A DNA stretch of 64,000 nucleotides from Phycisphaeraceae bacterium. Lineage in GTDB: Bacteria > Planctomycetota > Phycisphaerae > Phycisphaerales > Phycisphaeraceae. Below, one piece after another: positions 40,393-49,391 of this stretch. A model generated the notes under the pieces. It was not told the origin of the DNA. It saw only the letters and a list, made by a program, of their open reading frames with translations, and searched no databases. Position 1 is the stretch's first letter; each line of letters opens with the position of its first letter. The stretch covers positions 4,864,001 through 4,928,000 of the forward strand of contig OY771506.1 of assembly GCA_963674705.1 (NCBI GenBank). Reading direction: 5' to 3'. The translations under genes and the position numbers were made by a program.

Positions 40393-40562
40393 CCCCCTCT
40401 CCCCTCGGGTGAGGGCTGGGGTGAGGGCTGGATTGATTACGCGCTTTCTCAAACTGTTTACTCATGTGTTACAAAGCACGCACAATCAATCCGGCCCTCA
40501 TCCTAACCTTCTCCCGCCCCCGGAATAGGGAGAAGGGACCAGACGCTAAGCCGCGAGTGGCT
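40393..40562. repeat. CCCTCTCCC pair + GCTAAGCCGC palindrome composite
   Basis: Closely parallels 42037-42195 (CAATCAA.CCGGCCCTCATCCTA.CCTTCTCCCG..GGAGAAGGGA..GACGCTAAGCCGC). Confidence 0.85.
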
Positions 40563-40563
40563 A

Positions 40564-40893
40564 TTAGTGTCTGGTCATGACAACCAAGACAATCATTGTC
40601 CCCCACGCACATGTCGCGAGGATACTCATGAAACAGATAAGACGGAACGCGGGGTATTTGCGTGGTGTGAGGATGGTTAATATCCAGGAGAGTATGAGAG
40701 ACAGCGGCATGATCAAGAACAGGTGTCCGAGGGATTCATGTGATGCGTTGCCGCACCAACTGTTCGAGTTGGGAGTGAGCAGGATGCCGAAGCAGATGAT
40801 GTAGATAGCAACAGTGATATTGATCAACCGGGCCAGGCCGGCGATGATCGGTTCTTCAGCACTTTGTGGCAATTTGGATTCGTTCGAATTCAC
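40564..40893 (-). CDS. Hypothetical 3-TM protein
   Basis: 109 aa with three hydrophobic segments. Confidence 0.6.
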   Translation of the reverse strand: MNSNESKLPQSAEEPIIAGLARLINITVAIYIICFGILLTPNSNSWCGNASHESLGHLFLIMPLSLILSWILTILTPRKYPAFRLICFMSILATCAWGTMIVLVVMTRH

Positions 40894-41110
40894 GACTTGC
40901 CCCCACGTATAACCCTATTCGTTGATACCTATGCTACTGCCGCAATCCGGGATGGGTATAAGATAGCCTGAACAGGCCCGAAGTTAAATAACTATTGAAC
41001 TTAAAACGCGTGGCTTTGTTTTTCGCAATCAAAATTAATTCACATTTTCTCGGCATATTCGCAAGAATGGTCAAGTAACGCCGCGGGTTCATGTGTACAC
41101 TTCTCGGATC

Positions 41111-41980
41111 ATGCGTGATGAAAGGCCCGAATCGTATCGCCATCGGCTGCTCAAGGTGATGTTGTATATCGAAGAGCATCTGGATGATGAATTGACGCGA
41201 GAAAAGCTGTCGGAGATTGCGTGCTTTTCGCCTTATCATTTTCATCGGATTTTCACCGCTTTTACGGGTGAGCCGGTGCATAAGTACATCCGCAGGTTAC
41301 GGCTTGAACGAGCGGTGCAGCATCTATCGCATACCGATCGGTCGGTGATCCAGATCGCGATGGATGCGGGGTTTCAATCGCATGAAGCGTTCACGCGCGT
41401 GTTCCGCAAGACGTTTGGGTTGCCCCCGTCGGAACTGCGCAAACGTATCGCGGAAGGCAGTGCTGTCGTGCTGCACACTCAAACTATCAAATACTTAACG
41501 TACCAGGAGGACACGATGCTGGAAGTCAAGATCGAAAATGTTGCGGAGAAGTCGATCGCGTTTATTCGACATGTCGGGCCTTACAACCAGATCAACAGGG
41601 TGTTCGGGAAGCTGTGTGCCTGTGCCGGGTCGAAGGGTTTGATAAGGCCGACGTCTGAGTGGCTGGGTATTTTTCATGATGATCCGGACACCACACCGCC
41701 CGACAAGCTGCGCAGCGACGCAGCGATCACGGTGGGTGAAGGTGTCGAAGCCGAGGGCGAATTGCAGGTCGGCAAGCTGGCCGGCGGCAAGTACGCGGTC
41801 GCCATCCATAAAGGGCCCTACAGCAAACTCATCGACAGCTACCGCTGGTTGTACGGGCAATGGCTACCCACCAGCGGGCAGGAACCGGGTAACGTCCCGT
41901 GCTTCGAGAAGTATCTGAACGATCCGCAGAGCACGGCCGAGGAAGAATTGTTGACGGAGATTTATATTCCGTTGAAGTAG
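41111..41980 (+). CDS. AraC-family regulator with C-terminal GyrI-like effector domain
   Basis: ACFSPYHFHRIF, IAMDAGFQSHEAFTRVF; RHVGPY, HKGPY, FEKYLNDP, TEIYIP. Confidence 0.93.
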   Translation: MRDERPESYRHRLLKVMLYIEEHLDDELTREKLSEIACFSPYHFHRIFTAFTGEPVHKYIRRLRLERAVQHLSHTDRSVIQIAMDAGFQSHEAFTRVFRKTFGLPPSELRKRIAEGSAVVLHTQTIKYLTYQEDTMLEVKIENVAEKSIAFIRHVGPYNQINRVFGKLCACAGSKGLIRPTSEWLGIFHDDPDTTPPDKLRSDAAITVGEGVEAEGELQVGKLAGGKYAVAIHKGPYSKLIDSYRWLYGQWLPTSGQEPGNVPCFEKYLNDPQSTAEEELLTEIYIPLK

Positions 41981-42036
41981 GTGTGGGATTGGGGGACCGA
42001 GATGCCAGCAAGTGAAGATATTGTGAATAGTTTTAC

Positions 42037-42248
42037 TCCCTCTCCCCCTGGGAGAGGGTTGGGGCGAGGGCCGGGTGAATTCGGCGTTCAAACAACACTG
42101 TTAATGCTTGATTATTGAGTACACAATCAACCCGGCCCTCATCCTAGCCTTCTCCCGCGTGGAGAAGGGATCGGACGCTAAGCCGCAAGCGGCTTTAGGG
42201 GTGCAACATTCTTTCAGATTGAACATTACACATTGCAGATCGAACATC
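42037..42248. repeat. CCCTCTCCC pair + GCTAAGCCGC palindrome + ATTGAAC heptamer array
   Basis: Parallels 40393-40562; tail is the approximate reverse complement of about 25828-25856. Confidence 0.85.
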
Positions 42249-42251
42249 ACC

Positions 42252-42827
42252 TCAATGTTCTTTCATTTCCTGTTGGATCATCCTTTCGACTTGCTTGTCT
42301 GTCAGGGGTTTGTGGTCGCGCATCGACAGGGCGCTGCGGCGTTGGCGAGCGTTGGGATTCAGCATGTCGATGAGGTCTACGGTAATGTCGAACTGCTCGG
42401 CGTTGCGGTAGGTTTTTAGGGTTTGCTTGTCCCATTGGCAGACCAGGGCTACGAGGTTGTGCTTGTGTTTGATGGCTTCGAGTTGTTCGGGGTAGAACGC
42501 GAAGATGTCGTCGACGGGCGCGGTGCCGAAGCCTTGGCGGTGCAGGCGTTTTCGGGAGTCCCAGACGATCTTGTCGGCGGCGGCGATTTTTTCAGGGTCG
42601 CCCTCTTCTTTGGCGGCTTCCAGGGCGGCTAGTTCCTGCGCGGTTCGTGCTTCATGTTCGGGGTTGCCGGCGAATGCGACCGCGACGCAGCGTGAGTCGT
42701 AGATGCCGATGCGCTGTTGTGGTTGCGCTTCATTGGATTCGTCGACACGTGCGGATTTTTCACAACCAATGGTTGCCATGACCAGACATGTCGTGATGAT
42801 TGTGACGAATAGGTTTCTAAGTTGCAT
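42252..42827 (-). CDS. Hypothetical lipoprotein (weakly Skp/OmpH-like)
   Basis: ATIGC lipobox; RIGIYDSR..AVAF; DITVDLI. Confidence 0.65.
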   Translation of the reverse strand: MQLRNLFVTIITTCLVMATIGCEKSARVDESNEAQPQQRIGIYDSRCVAVAFAGNPEHEARTAQELAALEAAKEEGDPEKIAAADKIVWDSRKRLHRQGFGTAPVDDIFAFYPEQLEAIKHKHNLVALVCQWDKQTLKTYRNAEQFDITVDLIDMLNPNARQRRSALSMRDHKPLTDKQVERMIQQEMKEH

Positions 42828-42860
42828 GGTTAAGCTCCCGGCGGGTGGATGTGGTTTAGT

Positions 42861-42895
42861 TATGTAAGCATATACTTACGTAATGTTTGTGTCAA
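42861..42895 (-). promoter_or_regulatory. Sigma70 promoter with overlapping palindromic operator
   Basis: TTGACA-N17-TATGCT; TATGTAAG-CATATA-CTTACGTA spans the -10. Confidence 0.7.
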
Positions 42896-42987
42896 GGGGG
42901 AAAGAGCGGGAGCGCTAAGCCGCAAGCGGCTGGGATTAGTTGACGGGGGGTTAGGGGTTGGGGATTAGGGGTTGGGGGTTGGAATGC

Positions 42988-43022
42988 AAAACGGGCGCGG
43001 CGTTTGAAGGCCGCGCCCGTTT
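42988..43022 (-). terminator. Intrinsic terminator of the PEP-CTERM gene (possibly bidirectional)
   Basis: AAAACGGGCGCGGC-loop-GCCGCGCCCGTTT. Confidence 0.75.
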
Positions 43023-43046
43023 GGATGTTGATTGGATTGGTTTGGT

Positions 43047-44333
43047 TTACTTTCTACGGTAGACCGCGAGCATTGCGATGCCCATGAATGACAGGGTGGC
43101 GGGTTCGGGGACGGTGGTGAGTTGGAAGACGTCGCCGGCGGTGGCGTCGATCGCGGTTTCGAGCAAGACCTCGCCGGTGATGGGGTTGCTGACGCGGAGC
43201 GTGTCGAAGGCGGTGTAGCCGTAGGTCTGGATCATCAGTTCATTCAGGCCGACGGCTGCGGCTTGCGTGTGCCATGTGCCATCCGGGCTTCGGACCTCGA
43301 CCTTGTACTGGTTGTAGGCGAAGCCGACGTCGTGTCCGGTGAGGTTGGGTGAATCGGTCATGCCGAAGGCGACGCCGAAGAGTTGGTCGGTCTGTTCATC
43401 ATAGAGCAGGCCGGGGTTACTGATGTACAGGACATCGAGGTTGGGATCGCTTGCGAGAAAGACGGGCGAATCGGAAAGGGTAAATTCGATGCCGTCGGTG
43501 CTGGTGGCGAGGTAGAGCATGCCGAAGCTGTGTTGTACGACGGCGAGGTACGTGCCGTCCGGCCGCAGCGCGACGTCGGGTTCGTAGAATCCGGGGAAGC
43601 CGTTGATGTCATCGTAACGGTGGATGATCTGCCAACTGGTCGGATCATCGCCGACGGACTCAGCCAGGTAAGAGTGGACAGCGCCGTTGTTGGTGCTGGC
43701 GTCGAACCACATGCGCCAGCCGGTATCGGTCTTGACGATGGAGGGCCTTGCGATGTCGGTGATGGTGCCGCCGGCGAGGTTGCCGGGGTCGGCCATGCTG
43801 ACTTCGTTGCTGGCTGTGCCGGAGTTCGGCAACCAGGTGATGCCGTCGGTCGAGGTTGAATAGTTGATCCAGTCGCGGAACTCGCTGCCGACGAACTTGG
43901 CAGCGGTGTACAGCGCGTACCAACCGTCGTCGGTCTTGCTGACGGACGGGTCGTTGATGTGCAGGTATGAGCCTTCGCTGACGACGGTTCGATTCAGCGA
44001 GGACCAGCCTTCGGTAACGTCGAGCGTTTTGGTTGTGCCGCGGTAGATGTTATCGCTGGGCTGACCGGAACGCAGCCATCCGCCGTAGAAGATCGTCCAT
44101 GTATCGTCCTCGCGGATCGCTTCGGTGGCGTAGAGGTTGAAGCCGTTGATGATGGGGTTTTTTTCGAGGGTTTTCTGGTAGGCGAAGCCGACCTCGGTGA
44201 AGCTGACGCCTTGGATGGTGATGCGATCGGTCTTGCCGTTGTTGCCCTGGTAGTCGAGTTGCAATTCTGCGGAGGCGAGTTGCTGACACAGCAGTATTGT
44301 CAGCACGAGAGAGAGTGACTTAACAAACTTCAT
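43047..44333 (-). CDS. PEP-CTERM protein with beta-propeller glycosidase-like domain
   Basis: Signal peptide; INDPSV, ARPSIV, YEPDV; Asp-box-like STDGITW and STDGIEF; VPEPAT-TM-RRK. Confidence 0.85.
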   Translation of the reverse strand: MKFVKSLSLVLTILLCQQLASAELQLDYQGNNGKTDRITIQGVSFTEVGFAYQKTLEKNPIINGFNLYATEAIREDDTWTIFYGGWLRSGQPSDNIYRGTTKTLDVTEGWSSLNRTVVSEGSYLHINDPSVSKTDDGWYALYTAAKFVGSEFRDWINYSTSTDGITWLPNSGTASNEVSMADPGNLAGGTITDIARPSIVKTDTGWRMWFDASTNNGAVHSYLAESVGDDPTSWQIIHRYDDINGFPGFYEPDVALRPDGTYLAVVQHSFGMLYLATSTDGIEFTLSDSPVFLASDPNLDVLYISNPGLLYDEQTDQLFGVAFGMTDSPNLTGHDVGFAYNQYKVEVRSPDGTWHTQAAAVGLNELMIQTYGYTAFDTLRVSNPITGEVLLETAIDATAGDVFQLTTVPEPATLSFMGIAMLAVYRRK

Positions 44334-44609
44334 GATTTCACATCCTTGGGAGAAGAAAAGCGTCTGAAGATTGATACAGAAATCTTCAGGTTGGGAGGGT
44401 GGTTATTATAGTATTTACCATATCAGGCCAGCAAGGTCTTTTTATGGAAATTTCGAGGGGTGAATTATCGTAAATTATTTTATGATAATATGTTATGGGT
44501 TAGATGAGTGAGAATTCAGGGGATTGAGGAAGGTGGAGCGGGAGCGCTAAGCCGCAAGCGGCTTTTTGGGGGGTGGGCGTGACGAAGGAGATTGTGGAAC
44601 CAGAGACGG

Positions 44610-46088
44610 TTATTGTGTGGGTCTTGCGGCTTGCCAGCCTGCTTTCCACTGCTGCATCAAGGTCGCAACAAGCTCGGGATTGCTATCCGCAATATTGATG
44701 TTTTCCTGCGGATCGGTTTGATGATCGTACAGTTCGATGGCGTCGATCTGTGTGTGGTCGTTCCGACTCACCCACACGGTGAAACGGTATCGGTCGGTCT
44801 TCATGGAATAACCCATCAGGCCGCCGTGAACTGACCGTGGGTATTGGCTGAACGCGGCGGTCTTCCACGGGCGATCGGGATCATCCAAGAGCGGTTTGAA
44901 GCTCGTGCCTTCCAGGTGGTCCGGCAGAGGCAGCCCCGCCAGTTCCGACAGCGTGGGGTAGATATCAACAAACTCGACCAGGGCATCGGTATGCTCGCCG
45001 GCGTGCTTCATGTGGGGCATGGAGAGGATCAGCGGTGCATTGGCGTCATTTTCACAGTTGCTGTGCTTAGCCCACGAGTCGTGCTCGCCGAGTTTCCAGC
45101 CGTGATCGCCCCATAGGATGATGATGGTGTTATCGCTGAGTCCGAGACGATCGAGTTCATCAAGCAATCTGCCTACCTGAGCATCTGTGTAGCTAACCGC
45201 GGCGAAGTAACCGTGCTTGAGTTGCCGGGCAAGGTCATCGGGGATGGAGCCGGCGGGGATGCCGTAATAGCTGCGCAGTTCACCTGAACTTTTAAGAATG
45301 GCGTAATCGGGTGCGTTCTTGGGGTAGAACTTATTCGGCGCGAGGTCGATCGTTGTGGGGTTGTAAAGATCCCAATACTTTCGGGGGGACACGAAAGGCA
45401 AGTGCGGTTTGACGAATCCCACAGCGAGAAAAAAGGGTTCCTGCCTGGTGCTGAGTTCGCGTAGCGTCTCAATGGCGAGGTCGGCGACCCGTCCGTCCTG
45501 ATAGGTATTGTCCGGCACATCGGCGCCTTCGAATGCGGGACCGCGCGAGTTCGGTCCTCTGCTCTTTCTTCTGTTGTTAGCCTGTCCGGTCTTGTTCTGA
45601 CGTTGAGCTAATTCGCGGTTTTCCTCTAGCGCGTACATCGGAGCACGAGGTGAGCGCCAAGGCACGGACCAGGAAGGTTCATCATTGAAACCGCCGTGGA
45701 ATATCTTGCCCATCCCTTGGACGAAGTAGCCGTTGTTTTTGAAGTTTTGTAAAAGTGTGACGACATCGGGTTGTGCGGTGCGGAAGTGTGTGTCGAGGTC
45801 CCAGACTTTCGTGGTGTCGGGGCGCATGCCTGTCAACAAGCTTGACCGGGAGGGAGAACACACGGCCTGCTGGCAGTACGCGCGGTTGAACACCATGCCA
45901 CTAGCGGCCAAGCGATCGATGTTCGGGCTTTTGATGTATGTTGCGCCGTAGCAACCCAGTTCGGGTCGCAGATCATCCACAGCGATAAACAGTACGTTCG
46001 GTTTCTGCGAAGCAGGTTCGTTTGCGTATGCATGCAGTGAGCCGAACGTGAACAATACAACTAAAGGTATCAGCTTCTGGAATATCAT
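44610..46088 (-). CDS. Sulfatase (iduronate-2-sulfatase-like, S1)
   Basis: PNVLFIAVDDLRP, CSPSR, GKIFH, KPHLPF, WGDHG; start uncertain (46088 or 46127). Confidence 0.93.
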   Translation of the reverse strand: MIFQKLIPLVVLFTFGSLHAYANEPASQKPNVLFIAVDDLRPELGCYGATYIKSPNIDRLAASGMVFNRAYCQQAVCSPSRSSLLTGMRPDTTKVWDLDTHFRTAQPDVVTLLQNFKNNGYFVQGMGKIFHGGFNDEPSWSVPWRSPRAPMYALEENRELAQRQNKTGQANNRRKSRGPNSRGPAFEGADVPDNTYQDGRVADLAIETLRELSTRQEPFFLAVGFVKPHLPFVSPRKYWDLYNPTTIDLAPNKFYPKNAPDYAILKSSGELRSYYGIPAGSIPDDLARQLKHGYFAAVSYTDAQVGRLLDELDRLGLSDNTIIILWGDHGWKLGEHDSWAKHSNCENDANAPLILSMPHMKHAGEHTDALVEFVDIYPTLSELAGLPLPDHLEGTSFKPLLDDPDRPWKTAAFSQYPRSVHGGLMGYSMKTDRYRFTVWVSRNDHTQIDAIELYDHQTDPQENINIADSNPELVATLMQQWKAGWQAARPTQ

Positions 46089-46127
46089 TACTTTGCGAAC
46101 TCCTGCAGATGTCAGACGCGTATGCAC

Positions 46128-49100
46128 TTATGTGGCAAGTTGCGTTGTGGCCTCTTTGCGGCCGTAAATCAGCCAATAGGTTACGGGGATGACAACGAGG
46201 GTGAAAGCAGTCGAAACGGCGAGGCCGAAGATCAGCGCCCAGGCGAGGCCGGAGAAGACGGGATCGAGGGTGATGGGCATGGCGGCGAGCATGGCGGTGG
46301 CTGCGGTGAGGAAGATCGGGCGGATGCGGACGGCGCCGGAATCGAGGATGGCCTGTTGCAAGTCGGCGCCTTTGCGTACGGCGGCGTGGATGAAGTCGAT
46401 GAGCAAAATCGCATTGCGGACGGTGATGCCTGCGAGTGCGATCATGCCGATCATCGCGGTGGCGGTGAAGTAGACGGGGTCTTCGTAGCCGCCGACGGTG
46501 TTGCTTGTCAGGAGGTTGAGGATCCAGAAGCCGGGCATGACGCCGATGATCGTCAGCGGGATGGAGATCATGAGGATCAGGGGCATGACGAAGCTGGCGG
46601 TTTCGTAAACGAGCAGGACGTAGATCGCCAGGCACGCGACGCCGAATGCGAGACCGAGATCGCGGAAGGCGTCGACGGTGATTTTCCATTCGCCTTCACC
46701 GGTCCAGACGACTTTGTATCCGGGGGGGACGAGGCCGTCGGTTGAAGGCCGCAGGTCAAAGAACATGCCGAGGATGGCTTCGCCGGGCGTGACGCCTGCG
46801 GTTTCGCCGAAGACGTAGGAAACGCGCTGCAGGTTCTTGCGGTAGATGGGTTGATCGATGGTGGACTTCTCGAAGCTGCCGAGTTCGCCGATGGGGATGG
46901 TTACGCCGCTGGGCGTGCTGATGTGCATAGCTTTGAGCAGCTCGGGCTGATGCCGATCGGATAGATTCAGGCGCAGCTCGACGGGCAACGGGTTGGCTTC
47001 ATCGGGAACGTGCAGGTAGGTCGGGACGTCGCCGCCGATCGCGGATGCGAGTTCGCTTGCGATCTGTTGCGTGGTGAGTCCTGCGAGCGCAGCTTTGTCT
47101 TTATCCGTCACGAACGTCCAGCGGGTTTGCTCGGCCTCGATGCTGCTGTCAACGTCGACGACGCCGTAGCTATCGACAAAGCGTTGTTCGACGTTGCGGG
47201 CGATATTTAGAAGTTGATCGTGATCGGCATCGATGGGGCCGTAGACTTCGGCGGTGAGTGTGGAGATAACGGGCGGGCCGGGCGGCGTTTCGACGATCTT
47301 GAGGTTAGCGCCGTATTTGTTGCCGATCGCTTCGACATCGGCGCGGACGCGCAGTGCGATGGCGTGGCTCTGCATACTACGCTCGCGGCGAGGCAGGATG
47401 TTGATGCGCAGGTCGGCGACGTTCGAGCCTTGCCGGAGGAAGTAGTGGCGTACCAGGCCGTTGAAGTCCATGGGGCTGGCGGTGCCGATGTAACTGGTGA
47501 CATCGACGGTTTCGGCTAGCCCGAGGAAGTAGGTGGCAAGTTCCTGTGTGCAGGCGGCGGTGTTTTCGAGCGTAGCGCCTTCGGGCATGTCGACGACGAC
47601 CTGGAATTCGTCACGGTTGTTGTAAGGCAACATCTTGAGCGGCACGCCGCCGAGTGCCGGGGGTAATAGCGAGAGGATGAAGAGCACGATGACACCGAGC
47701 AGCATGAGTATGCCTTTGCCGCGGCTATCCAGCATCGGCTGCATGGTGCGTGAATAGGCTTTGTACAAGAGCGTGCGATGCAGGTCGCAGGCGTTTTCCT
47801 GCTCTTTTTTGTCGTGCTTCTGGTTCTTAAGAGCGTGGAAGGCGAGCCAGGGGGTGACGGTGAACGCGACGACCAGGCTCATGAGCATGGCAACCGGGAC
47901 GTTCAGCGCCATCGGGCCCATGTAGGCGCCCATCATGCCGGTGACGAACGCGACGGGGACGAACGACGCGATGACGGCGAGCGTGGCGAGGATGATCGGC
48001 GGACGCACTTCATTCACCGCGCGCAGCACGGCATCGCGCGCTTTTTCCTTGCCGGTCGAGAGATGGCGGTGGATGTTCTCCACATCGACGATCGGGTCGT
48101 CAACAACAAGACCGAGCGCGAGGATCAGCGCAAAAAGCGTGACGCGGTTGATCGTGTAGCCGGTGAGATAGTCGACTAACAGCGTGAGAGAGAAGGTCAA
48201 CGGAACAGCCAGCGCGACGACGAGCGCAGCACGCCAGCCCATGACGATGGTGAGTAAACCGATGACGATGATGATGGCAACAATAAGAGCTTCGACGAGT
48301 TCGTTGACTTTCTCGTTAGCGGTGTGGCCGTTGTCGCGGGTGATGCGTGCGTGGATGCCGGCGGGCAGGACACGCTCGGTATATTCCTCGACGGCTTTAT
48401 GCACATCCTGAGCGACCCAGACGGCATTCGTGCCGGTCTTCTTGGCGACACCGAGCGTGACAGCGGGATAGAGCTGCGCGGGCTGGCCGTGCTTCGGAGG
48501 CAAACCGATGGTGGTGTAGGTGGTGGGTTCGGCGGGGCCGTCGGTGATGGTTGCGACGTCGCGGAGGTAGATGGGCCGACCGTCGCTGACGCCGACGATC
48601 AGGCCGGCGACGTCCTGCGCACTGGTGAGTGTGGTGCCGGCTTCGAAGACGAGTTCTTCGTTTTGATCGGGCGATGAACCGGCGGGAAACGTGACGTTGG
48701 CAGCGCGCAGGCTGTTGGCGATGGTGGACCAGGTCAGCCCCCTACCGCTGAGCAGTTCCGCGTTGATGCGTACCTTGATCGTGCGTGGCCTGCCACCGAT
48801 CAGGTAAGTACGGCCTGTATTGGGCACGGCCTGAAGCGTGGTTTCCAGTTCTTCAGCAAAGCGGCGCAGGTCGGCGTCGTCGTATCGGCTGTCATCTGAA
48901 TAAAGCGTGACCGAAACGATCGGCACGTCGTCAACTTCGACAGGTTTGATGACCCAGCCTGCAACGGAAGCTGGAACGAGGTCGCTGCTGGTGGTGAGTT
49001 TGTTGTGGAGCTTGACGAGGCTGTCGACGCGGTCTTCGCCGACGTAGAAACGCGCGGTGATAACCGCCTGATTGGTTCGGCTGATGGAGTAGACGTATTC

Positions 49101-49391
49101 GACGCCGTCGATCTGGTAGAGCAGACGCTCGAGGCGGGTGCTGACCTGTCGTTCGACTTCGTGGGCAGACGCGCCGGGGACATCGACGATGACATCCGCC
49201 ATGGGGACGGTGATCTGTGGCTCTTCTTCGCGTGGCGTGATAAGCAAAGCCGCAAGGCCGACGATCAACGTGGCGACGCAGAGCATGATCGAGAGGTTAC
49301 CGCCGAGGAACATCTCGACGATGCCTTGGACGATGCTCTTGCGCTGCGGTGGATCGGGCGTGTTAGATGAAGTCGGAGGCGCATCGGTCAT
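46128..49391 (-). CDS. RND efflux permease (AcrB/AcrD/AcrF family)
   Basis: 1087 aa; TPREEEPQI, LGLVVDDPIV, RNAILLIDF, RIRPIFLT. Confidence 0.95.
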   Translation of the reverse strand: MTDAPPTSSNTPDPPQRKSIVQGIVEMFLGGNLSIMLCVATLIVGLAALLITPREEEPQITVPMADVIVDVPGASAHEVERQVSTRLERLLYQIDGVEYVYSISRTNQAVITARFYVGEDRVDSLVKLHNKLTTSSDLVPASVAGWVIKPVEVDDVPIVSVTLYSDDSRYDDADLRRFAEELETTLQAVPNTGRTYLIGGRPRTIKVRINAELLSGRGLTWSTIANSLRAANVTFPAGSSPDQNEELVFEAGTTLTSAQDVAGLIVGVSDGRPIYLRDVATITDGPAEPTTYTTIGLPPKHGQPAQLYPAVTLGVAKKTGTNAVWVAQDVHKAVEEYTERVLPAGIHARITRDNGHTANEKVNELVEALIVAIIIVIGLLTIVMGWRAALVVALAVPLTFSLTLLVDYLTGYTINRVTLFALILALGLVVDDPIVDVENIHRHLSTGKEKARDAVLRAVNEVRPPIILATLAVIASFVPVAFVTGMMGAYMGPMALNVPVAMLMSLVVAFTVTPWLAFHALKNQKHDKKEQENACDLHRTLLYKAYSRTMQPMLDSRGKGILMLLGVIVLFILSLLPPALGGVPLKMLPYNNRDEFQVVVDMPEGATLENTAACTQELATYFLGLAETVDVTSYIGTASPMDFNGLVRHYFLRQGSNVADLRINILPRRERSMQSHAIALRVRADVEAIGNKYGANLKIVETPPGPPVISTLTAEVYGPIDADHDQLLNIARNVEQRFVDSYGVVDVDSSIEAEQTRWTFVTDKDKAALAGLTTQQIASELASAIGGDVPTYLHVPDEANPLPVELRLNLSDRHQPELLKAMHISTPSGVTIPIGELGSFEKSTIDQPIYRKNLQRVSYVFGETAGVTPGEAILGMFFDLRPSTDGLVPPGYKVVWTGEGEWKITVDAFRDLGLAFGVACLAIYVLLVYETASFVMPLILMISIPLTIIGVMPGFWILNLLTSNTVGGYEDPVYFTATAMIGMIALAGITVRNAILLIDFIHAAVRKGADLQQAILDSGAVRIRPIFLTAATAMLAAMPITLDPVFSGLAWALIFGLAVSTAFTLVVIPVTYWLIYGRKEATTQLAT

